Shown: in pieces, positions 1-7,274 of the stretch
Position numbering within the stretch: the first letter of the stretch is position 1
Layout of the letters: each line of letters opens with the position of its first letter
Assembly: GCA_044379485.1 (NCBI GenBank)
Contig: JBIPOE010000001.1
Location: 143,990 to 167,989 of the forward strand
Reading direction: 5' to 3'
DNA: 24,000 bases
Origin: Catalimonadaceae bacterium
GTDB taxonomy: Bacteria; Bacteroidota; Bacteroidia; Cytophagales; Flexibacteraceae
Notes under the pieces: generated by a model
The model's input: the letters and a program-made list of their open reading frames with translations, nothing else
What the model was told of the DNA's origin: nothing
The model's database searches: none
Position numbers and translations under genes: made by a program

Positions 1-232
1 TTCTACTTACAAAGTCCTGATCCATACTCATGTATAAATGCAAAACCAGCAATAGGTTGAATGAAAATGTGCACGCTATTCGACATTTGCAATGTCGAAT
101 CCTTATCGTAGGATTTATAATCCGCAACACACCGTTTATATGTAAAACTCCGCAAGTTCCAAATGGCTTTTTCGAAGCAGATAAATTGCTCAACAAAAAA
201 TTTCAAAAAAAGTAGAGTTGTCGGATTAAAAA

Positions 233-327
233 TCCTATGATCTAGCTTCTCAATTGCAAATCGAGAAGAGCGGGGGCGCACACAGTCCTATGATCTAGCT
301 TCTCGATTGCAAATCGAGAAGAGCGGG
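233..327. repeat. Tandem direct repeat: two 42-nt units (233-274, 286-327; 53-nt period; 1 mismatch), each with stem-loop CTTCTC(A/G)ATT-gca-AATCGAGAAG
   Basis: Read directly: tcctatgatctagcttctc[a/g]attgcaaatcgagaagagcggg occurs twice. The unit-2 hairpin at 299-321 is a perfect 10-bp stem with a 3-nt loop. A diverged copy lies at 2482-2526. A hairpin of the same architecture, ATTCGACATT-tgc-AATGTCGAAT, is at 78-100, and its left arm recurs at 525-538. Confidence 0.85.
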
Positions 328-590
328 AAGCGATATTGATATTGCCTTGGTTTTAGGGAACATGTCCGACTTTTTCGATACCCAAAGGCTTCTCCGCCAA
401 ATCCGAAGGCAAATTAATCTTCGTATTGAGCCACACCCAATAGCCGAAGACCAATTTAACGCACAAAATCCTCTTGCAGTCGAAATCCAGAAAACAGGGA
501 TTGAGTTGAGCTTGAAATAAAAATCGCTATTCGACATTCACACAATAAGGCGCAAGGAATAGCGTGGAAGTCATTAGAATGTAATGATGA

Positions 591-668
591 CCTGTTGCAC
601 ATTTTTATTTTTTTAGAAAAAAGCAACAAGGTTTGAAAGCCTGCTTCCTCAAAGCTCCGCAGCGGAAA
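591..668. repeat. Hairpin-repeat family, copy A (one unit plus 3' extension)
   Basis: A 38-nt run (gttgcacatttttatttttttagaaaaaagcaacaaggt) is identical to 2379-2416. The following roughly 40 nt (..aagcctgcttcctcaaagctccgcagcgg..) is about 75% similar to 2417-2451. Confidence 0.85.
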
Positions 669-747
669 ACTATTTTTCAACAAGACCTTTTTGGTTAGCC
701 TACAGACTTAGAACAGAAAGGATCAGTACGCTTTCCCACCTTTGCTG

Positions 748-2205
748 TCAGTCGGTCAGAACCAGTTTTACAGGACCGGCGCCTGACAAGCCATTTGCAA
801 CTTGAATGTAGTGCACACCTGGTTGCAGGTGCGTACTTTTTAAGGACAGAGCCTTGCCTGTAAAATTTGTATGACGTTGGACCACAATTCCCATGGAATT
901 GTATATCAAAAGGGTGGCGCCGTTCAGGGCTGGCTCAAACTGAATGGCCGATTGGGTAGAAATGGGATTGGGGAAAAACAAAGTGCCTGCCACCCCTTGC
1001 TTCGTTTTGGTATCCGTCAGATTGCAGTTGATCCTGAACGGTTTGGAGCAGACTTTCCCGTTGTACGAGGCTTCAAACATATAGGTACCTGTTGCCGTCG
1101 GATAAGTTCGGGTCCATGACGAATACGAGCGTGAATAGTTATCCGTAAAGTCTTTTGTCCAACTGGAAAATACGGATCCATTCGGCCGAAGGATTCGCAT
1201 CGCAGCCGATGTGCCCGCCCGTTGATCCTGGACAAAAATGTAAAACTTTGCAGATACCCCGCCTAAAAAGCAGCTGTCTTCGTTGGGCGTTTCTGTTTCC
1301 GGGCATGCTGGAAAAACCGGTGAGATCGTATTGGTCGAAACTTTCATGATACCCGGGTCAATGTAGGGCAGCTGATTTATCCATAAGGTACTGTCGTTCC
1401 CTGCATTGCAGGATCCCCCAAACGGATCCACGTGTTGCGACGTGCTTGATGTTCTCGAAACTTCAAAATGGAGATGTGGATTCGTTGAAATGCCTGAACT
1501 TCCTACGACCCCTAAATATTCTCCGGTTACCACTGTTTGCCCGACAACTTTGGAGGTGACCGAGTTCTTTTTCAGGTGAACGTATTTTGCAGTGGATCCA
1601 TCCTGATGCCGGATGATAACGTGATTTGATGTTGTACCAGGCACCCACTCACAGTTTCTGTCAAAACGTCCATCGGCCCTCGCAACTATGGTGCCTGGGG
1701 CGGCTGCCACCACTTCCACCTGATCGTTGTCCATTTTATAAAACCAATATGGATAGGGTGTTATGTCAATACCTTTGTGTCCGTCATAGGTTCTTTTTCC
1801 ACAATTCCAATCGCGGGTGCTGTCGGCTGTGGTATCCTGATCCACAAAATTGCGAATGTTAAAATAGCTGCAGTCGTTCAGGCCATTTGCCTGACGCAAA
1901 GGCCAGGCAAATCTTGTCGTCATTGTGTTGATCGCCTTTTGATCGAGGCCCAGCATGAGGTAGTTTTCCTGCAGTGTTTTTTCCATGGCCTCATATTCCT
2001 CTGCGGAAATGCAGGGTCTTTCGGGACCTGGTTCTTCGGCAAAGTCGGCTGAATGTTCTTCCTCCGGCTCATTCAATACCTGTGCCTGCAGCTGGAAAGA
2101 GGTGAAAATAAAAACCACAAGGGCGAGGGTCTTCAGTTGTTGGTGCATATCGCTTGCATAATAGGAGGCTATAAAACATCCGCAAACGGAGGAAAACAGC
2201 CTCAT
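748..2205 (-). CDS. M23 family metallopeptidase with T9SS C-terminal sorting domain (secreted)
   Basis: M23 motifs HKGIDI (HxxxD) and NPHLHFEV (HxH). C-terminal FFPNPISTQSAIQFEP...LLIYNSMGIVVQ...GVHYIQV matches the Por secretion tail pattern. The likely true start is MHQQLKTLALVVFIFTSFQLQAQ (signal peptide) at 2148; 2205 is the maximal ORF. Confidence 0.85.
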   Translation of the reverse strand: MRLFSSVCGCFIASYYASDMHQQLKTLALVVFIFTSFQLQAQVLNEPEEEHSADFAEEPGPERPCISAEEYEAMEKTLQENYLMLGLDQKAINTMTTRFAWPLRQANGLNDCSYFNIRNFVDQDTTADSTRDWNCGKRTYDGHKGIDITPYPYWFYKMDNDQVEVVAAAPGTIVARADGRFDRNCEWVPGTTSNHVIIRHQDGSTAKYVHLKKNSVTSKVVGQTVVTGEYLGVVGSSGISTNPHLHFEVSRTSSTSQHVDPFGGSCNAGNDSTLWINQLPYIDPGIMKVSTNTISPVFPACPETETPNEDSCFLGGVSAKFYIFVQDQRAGTSAAMRILRPNGSVFSSWTKDFTDNYSRSYSSWTRTYPTATGTYMFEASYNGKVCSKPFRINCNLTDTKTKQGVAGTLFFPNPISTQSAIQFEPALNGATLLIYNSMGIVVQRHTNFTGKALSLKSTHLQPGVHYIQVANGLSGAGPVKLVLTD

Positions 2206-2333
2206 GTTTCACATATGTTCAAATATAAAATGAATTTTTGATTTAGGAAATTGTTATGGTTGAAATAAGCATTTCCGGAGATTTTTCAATACAGGTCAGG
2301 ATTGGTAGAAGCGAAATTTACAATGCAATGAAG

Positions 2334-2526
2334 CCTTGTTGCACATTTTAAATTTTTTGAAAATAAGCAACACAGCTTGTTGCACATTTTTATTTTTTTA
2401 GAAAAAAGCAACAAGGTATAAAGGCCTGCCTCCTCAGACCTGCGCAGCGGAGTAATGTTGGCAGAAAGAAAAAAATCCTGAGGCGCACACATTCCTCAGA
2501 TATAGCATCCTCTTTACAAATCGAGC
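2334..2526. repeat. Hairpin-repeat family, copy B (two tandem units 2334-2373 and 2376-2416, the 3' extension to 2451, then a diverged copy of the 275-321 repeat at 2482-2526)
   Basis: Direct comparison with 591-668, 14521-14601 and 275-327. It lies in the divergent intergenic region between the M23 peptidase and nuclease genes. Confidence 0.85.
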
Positions 2527-2528
2527 CT

Positions 2529-2536
2529 TATATTTG
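2529..2536 (+). promoter_or_regulatory. Candidate Bacteroidota -7 promoter box (TATATTTG, matching TAnnTTTG) for the nuclease gene
   Basis: Exact match to the TAnnTTTG consensus, 21 nt upstream of the ATG at 2557. No convincing -33 TTTG at canonical spacing. Confidence 0.3.
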
Positions 2537-2556
2537 ACCTTGTAAGCCAGCATATA

Positions 2557-3612
2557 ATGCGAACAATTCTTTTTCTGATTTCTCTTTCTCTTCTGTTTTC
2601 TGACAAGCTTTCGGCTCAGCATACAGAGGCTGTGCAAAAGGAAAAGAAAAATGGGTATTCAGAAAAAGGATGGGAAATTTTTGCGCACCAATCAAAACAA
2701 CATTCTGAACCGGAAAGCTTTGAAATTCCAGCGCACAAAACTTCCGACCTTCTCATTAAGCATACCGGGCTTACACTTTTGTACAACGAGTTGCACGAAC
2801 AGGCCGCCTGGGTCGCATACGAACTGACTGCCGGAGAAACTAAAAAAGCGCATGAGCGGACAAACCATTTTATGGTGGATCCGAAAGTAAAAACCGGAAC
2901 AGCAGATGATTTTGATTATAAAAGTTCTGGTTACGACCGTGGGCACCTGGCGCCCGCTTCTGATATGGGCTGGTCTGCCACCACCATGGCCGAATCTTTT
3001 TATTACAGCAACATGAGCCCGCAAGTGCCGGCTTTTAACCGTGGCATCTGGAAAAAAGGCGAAGACCTGGTGCGCACATGGGCCATTGAAAATGAAGCTT
3101 TGTATGTGGTGACCGGGCCAGTGCTTGGCAATGGACTTGAAACGATTGGCCCCAACAAAGTTTCCGTTCCGAAATTGTATTACAAAGTGATACTGGATTA
3201 CCGGGAACCTGAACGTAAAGGCATTGCATTCCTGATGCCCAATGAAGGATCAAAAGAAGCACTTAGTTCATTTGCGGTGTCCATTGACAGCATACAGAAA
3301 ATTACGGGGATCAACTTTTTCCCTTTGTTGCCCGATGAGGAAGAAAAGGAACTGGAAAACAAAATTTGTTTGGAATGCTGGTCCTGGAAATCAAAAAACC
3401 ATTCTTCAAACGGCAATAAACGAAGTAGTTCTGCAATTGCAGAGCCAGATTCCCCTCAGGGACAACTGCTTTTTATCATGCCACATAAAAGCGCAGAACA
3501 CGATCACACCCTTGTCTCAGCCCAATGTGCCGGCATTACAAAAAAAGGGAACCAATGCAAGCGAAGAACCAAAAGTTCGAATGGGTTTTGCTGGCAGCAT
3601 GGGGGAGATTGA
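2557..3612 (+). CDS. Secreted DNA/RNA non-specific endonuclease (Endonuclease NS / Serratia nuclease family) with Cys/His-rich C-terminal tail
   Basis: Signal peptide MRTILFLISLSLLFSDKLSAQ. Active-site DRGHLAPA and the metal-ligand region SNMSPQ. C-terminal CAGITKKGNQCKRRTKSSNGFCWQH (C-x9-C-x10-C-x2-H). Confidence 0.85.
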   Translation: MRTILFLISLSLLFSDKLSAQHTEAVQKEKKNGYSEKGWEIFAHQSKQHSEPESFEIPAHKTSDLLIKHTGLTLLYNELHEQAAWVAYELTAGETKKAHERTNHFMVDPKVKTGTADDFDYKSSGYDRGHLAPASDMGWSATTMAESFYYSNMSPQVPAFNRGIWKKGEDLVRTWAIENEALYVVTGPVLGNGLETIGPNKVSVPKLYYKVILDYREPERKGIAFLMPNEGSKEALSSFAVSIDSIQKITGINFFPLLPDEEEKELENKICLECWSWKSKNHSSNGNKRSSSAIAEPDSPQGQLLFIMPHKSAEHDHTLVSAQCAGITKKGNQCKRRTKSSNGFCWQHGGD

Positions 3613-3627
3613 AAAGGTGTTTTATAC

Positions 3628-3930
3628 CTATCTAATAAGATTTAATTTCAAAAGCAATGCTCTTGCAGGTGAATGCTTCCTTGGAACAAACGGTCTGAAA
3701 TTCTCTGTATGGAAATGATCAATTGTTTTATAGGCCAGATAGACATCCAAAAGCGAAAAAGATTCTGATTTCCCGGATTCGGCATCCAGCCGGAGAAACT
3801 TCATGATGTCTCCTTCGATTGAAAGTACCTTATAGCGTTTCTCATTTGGACTTATAAATTCTTTGATGGCACTGGCTTTTTCCAGAAATTCCTTTTCTGA
3901 AATGAGGGGGAGTTTTTTAATGTATGACAT
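3628..3930 (-). CDS. Hypothetical small protein, last gene of the defence operon
   Basis: The ORF lies directly downstream of the AIPR gene. The maximal ORF starts at 3963 (29-nt overlap). The MSYIKKLPLISEKEF start at 3930 leaves a 4-nt gap. No motif recognised. Confidence 0.55.
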   Translation of the reverse strand: MSYIKKLPLISEKEFLEKASAIKEFISPNEKRYKVLSIEGDIMKFLRLDAESGKSESFSLLDVYLAYKTIDHFHTENFRPFVPRKHSPARALLLKLNLIR

Positions 3931-3934
3931 TATT

Positions 3935-6247
3935 TTATTGTGTGAATCCGTTTCGTTTTGCAACCTGATAATACCAGCTGGCTTTCATTTGATTTCGATT
4001 ATCTAATGGTAGATTTCCATTTGCCAGGTCCGCCATGAAACGGTATTCATGATCTTTAAAATGACGAGCTTTCCGGTCCCATGAAACGATGGCCTGAATC
4101 GTTTCCAAACTTAACTCTGGTGTAGTTGACTTATTCTGAACAGCTTCTGGTTCAATGAATTCCTCAAGGATTTCGGGGAATTTGGTTGCGGTTAACTCTA
4201 GAATACTCAAGGCGACTTCCTTTTCCGAATCTGACATCCCTTTTCCGCCATTTCGAACACGGGATGGCATGTTAAAGGCGATATCCTGCTGCCTTAGGGT
4301 GAGATTTCCTGTTGCCCGCCCCCAGTTTTCCAGATGCTTCCACAAGGCAGGGGAGATGGACAACAAGTAATTAATATCCTGTTCGTTCTGGATTCTAGTA
4401 ACCTCGTCTTGTGAAATTTTTACCCGGGAAGAATCTGTTTTGCCATTACCGAGATCATATTTAATCTCAGAATTATCAAAGTCAATATCGCTGTTTTTCA
4501 GCAGTGTCCAGCATTCTTCTTTTTTGGCAAATTCTCCGTATAAAGAGCCTGTTGCATTTTCTTTAATGAAATCCTCAACTTCAACCATCATGTCATAAAG
4601 ACAATCTTTAAGTTCATTCGAAATGCTTTGGGCCTTCCATATTTTGTATAGGTCCAGTTTGTTTCCGGTAAGATAGTTGAAATATGAAATGGTGTAAGGC
4701 ACTGTAACATACCGCATATCACCTATGGCATTTGGCTTGACTCCATAAGTTTTCTCGGCAGATTTATAGAGGATCATTTTCGCAACAGCATCTTCAAAGA
4801 AGATGTTATCCACCTTTTTCGGCAAACCCGAACTAATAAACTGAGCATAGTTTTTCTGATTTCCGCGGACAACGATATGTGGCCCTGTAACAAGCTTTTT
4901 TCCTTCAGTTACTTCAGAAAATGCATTCAGGTATTTTGCCAGTTCTTCCTTTGTAAAATATTGACTTTTCGGATTTTTCAGGTCAAATGCAGCTTGTTTT
5001 GATTTGGTGAATCCTTCCTTGTTGCGTGCATTTTTATACTGACCACGAGCCCTTTCATAGAACCAACGGGTTTGCTGATTTCTTCCTTCTAAAGGTGCCG
5101 CCCAGATTGTACGGGATAACTTCTCCATTTCAATGTGAAATGGCTGATTCGAACTCAGGTCGGATATTGAAACCTTATTTTGGGTATTGGCATATTCGGC
5201 AATCCGGCTTACTATTTCGCTGAACTGATCTTTCACCTTCACTACAGAAAGCTTAACCTGAACAAAGATTTTTGTGACATCGGCTTTGTCTTTTTTCCAG
5301 GTATGGAAGATGGAAGCCGTGGTCTGGCCACCATTCACAATTTGAAGGTCGTGGACTTTTTTGATGTGTTTTCCGTCCTCACTTAGTTCAATTGAATCAG
5401 CAGTGGCGGCAATTCCATTGTTGAAGGCAAGGAACATCTGAGGTTCCTTTAAAATCGTATTCCGGATTCCTTTATTGATTTTACCTGTAAACTGAAGGAA
5501 CGACCGAACGTTTTGTTCCAGCAAACGGGCACCATATCGCTCATAAATATTCGCAAGAGCATCGCCAGGGAAAATGGCCAAGTAGGATCCGTATAAACTG
5601 TTTTCAGAAGGTGCAGCGATACATGGGATCTGGAAACCGTCCTCCTGAAAGTTAATCTCAATCGGAATGTGTGATTTTTCAGATATGTTATACAGATAGT
5701 TAAGGTCGATTACCCTGTAATACACCGGATAGCCAGAGATTTCCTGTTTTAAGCTTATTTCACTATTGAATATTCCGTCTGTGAGTATGAAGGCATTGAT
5801 TCTGGCCAGTCCTTGCCGTACTTCTTCAGATGTCCCCAGCGTATTTGCAAGATCAAATATCTCGGAAGACTCTTCGATTTCCTTCAGATAATCCCCGTAA
5901 ATGGCTGTTTTGAAAAAGGAGGAAATTCTGTTTTTGGCTTTTTCGGTTGGATCTTTAGTAACGGAAGAAACGGATTCGGTTCCATTGTAAACGGTAATGA
6001 ATAGATCCAGTGTTTCCAGATTTTCCGAAAGAGAATAGGCATTGATTTTATGCTGAATCCCTTTTTTGGAGACCCGCTCGTCATAAGCTAATCGAACATT
6101 TTCTGTCTCTCCGGATTCCGCAAGCAGCCCTACTGCATACTCAGTAAATATCTGTTCCTGCGATGAACCTTCCTCATTTCCGAGTTGGTCAGCTGATATT
6201 TCATTCTGCAGGGTGCGATAAAATTTCTGCAATTCAAGTCCTTCCAT
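3935..6247 (-). CDS. AIPR (abortive infection phage resistance) family protein
   Basis: 770 aa. The central LLEQNVRSFLQFTGKINKGIRNTILKEPQMFLAFNNGIAATA...LQIVNGGQTTASI block is as I recall for AIPR family proteins. Its position after Z1 and PD-(D/E)XK genes fits the known cassette. Confidence 0.8.
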   Translation of the reverse strand: MEGLELQKFYRTLQNEISADQLGNEEGSSQEQIFTEYAVGLLAESGETENVRLAYDERVSKKGIQHKINAYSLSENLETLDLFITVYNGTESVSSVTKDPTEKAKNRISSFFKTAIYGDYLKEIEESSEIFDLANTLGTSEEVRQGLARINAFILTDGIFNSEISLKQEISGYPVYYRVIDLNYLYNISEKSHIPIEINFQEDGFQIPCIAAPSENSLYGSYLAIFPGDALANIYERYGARLLEQNVRSFLQFTGKINKGIRNTILKEPQMFLAFNNGIAATADSIELSEDGKHIKKVHDLQIVNGGQTTASIFHTWKKDKADVTKIFVQVKLSVVKVKDQFSEIVSRIAEYANTQNKVSISDLSSNQPFHIEMEKLSRTIWAAPLEGRNQQTRWFYERARGQYKNARNKEGFTKSKQAAFDLKNPKSQYFTKEELAKYLNAFSEVTEGKKLVTGPHIVVRGNQKNYAQFISSGLPKKVDNIFFEDAVAKMILYKSAEKTYGVKPNAIGDMRYVTVPYTISYFNYLTGNKLDLYKIWKAQSISNELKDCLYDMMVEVEDFIKENATGSLYGEFAKKEECWTLLKNSDIDFDNSEIKYDLGNGKTDSSRVKISQDEVTRIQNEQDINYLLSISPALWKHLENWGRATGNLTLRQQDIAFNMPSRVRNGGKGMSDSEKEVALSILELTATKFPEILEEFIEPEAVQNKSTTPELSLETIQAIVSWDRKARHFKDHEYRFMADLANGNLPLDNRNQMKASWYYQVAKRNGFTQ

Positions 6248-7274
6248 TTTTCTGATTTATGGTTTGAAAAAGTTCATTCTGTGTAACCTGATAGGATACG
6301 CAATCGGCGATTACAATGGAGTATTTTACATCGCCGACGCCTCTCCTAAGTTCAGCCTCTTCAATTCGGGGAAACTGATCTTTGACGTGATACACATCAC
6401 AGGCTCTGATTTTATATCCTTTTTTGTCGTATAAATGCCGGTGCTGATCAAAATAGCCAACCTGTAATAGTCGCATTTTAAAATCAGACAGGGATGCATC
6501 TTTCTCCAAAAGCAAACTTTCTACCTGGTCTACGATTTCGTTTAGGGTTTCACCGGAAAACAATTGTTCTTCCAGCGATAGATGATAGAGAAAAACATAG
6601 TTCAGGTTGGAGGTATCCAGTTGACGTTCACTGGAAATCTGCACCTTTTGATGATTGTTGCCATGGGTCGTTTTTACTTCGAGAGCCCATTCACCGATTT
6701 GAAAATCCCGGATGTTTCCGGCCGGACCCTGCCATGAAAGAAGGGAAATATTAGCATCTCCTTCGTTTTCAATCCAGGCCCTGAGAAAATACAGTTCTCC
6801 GAATAAGCCTCTTTGCTGGTCTGGTGTCAGACCCTGTCCTGATGCTGATTCAAACAAGGATTTCCATTTGTCGAGTCGTTGAATCAGAATTCTAAGGACC
6901 TCGTCTACCGATTCCATCTCAGCAACCCTTGAAATAAGATCTTCACACAAAACTGAAAAGACTTCTGTATGCTGCTGATTGACCAGCTGCACAAGAAAGA
7001 GAACCTTATTGGCATCGAAAGGGTCTGGTACATTTTCTATTTTCAGATCCCGGAGGTTTGCAAAAGAGGCAGTTTTGGGTGCTTTTGCTACTTCAATTTT
7101 CAGTCCGAAACCCTTGGTTTTCTCTGGTAGTCGGACGGAGCAAAAAATATCTGGAATGATACTTCCTGAATACCGCCGAAACACCAGCCCGTTTGCTTGA
7201 CCGGAAGTTGTTTCAATTTCTTTCCAAACCTGATTAATCCTCATTGTCGTAATCATCTGGGAGGGTGTCGTCAT
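6234..7274 (-). CDS. PD-(D/E)XK motif protein (putative nuclease subunit)
   Basis: ...NIRDFQIGEWALEVKTT gives a D...E-x-K arrangement. It is translationally coupled to both neighbours. The start may be at MRINQVWKEIE (7244) rather than 7274. Confidence 0.7.
   Translation of the reverse strand: MTTPSQMITTMRINQVWKEIETTSGQANGLVFRRYSGSIIPDIFCSVRLPEKTKGFGLKIEVAKAPKTASFANLRDLKIENVPDPFDANKVLFLVQLVNQQHTEVFSVLCEDLISRVAEMESVDEVLRILIQRLDKWKSLFESASGQGLTPDQQRGLFGELYFLRAWIENEGDANISLLSWQGPAGNIRDFQIGEWALEVKTTHGNNHQKVQISSERQLDTSNLNYVFLYHLSLEEQLFSGETLNEIVDQVESLLLEKDASLSDFKMRLLQVGYFDQHRHLYDKKGYKIRACDVYHVKDQFPRIEEAELRRGVGDVKYSIVIADCVSYQVTQNELFQTINQKNGRT

Noticed and set aside
3-683. ORFs 3-281(-), 30-215(+), 295-537(-) and 456-683(-)
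   Set aside because: They traverse the tandem and hairpin repeats and have low-complexity or odd composition. The same pseudo-peptide (LLLFSKKIKMCN) reappears at 2286-2492 simply because the repeat is duplicated.
3242-3718. A 158-aa plus-strand ORF
   Set aside because: It is an alternative frame of the nuclease gene that runs on into the antisense of the convergent small gene. It has no motifs.
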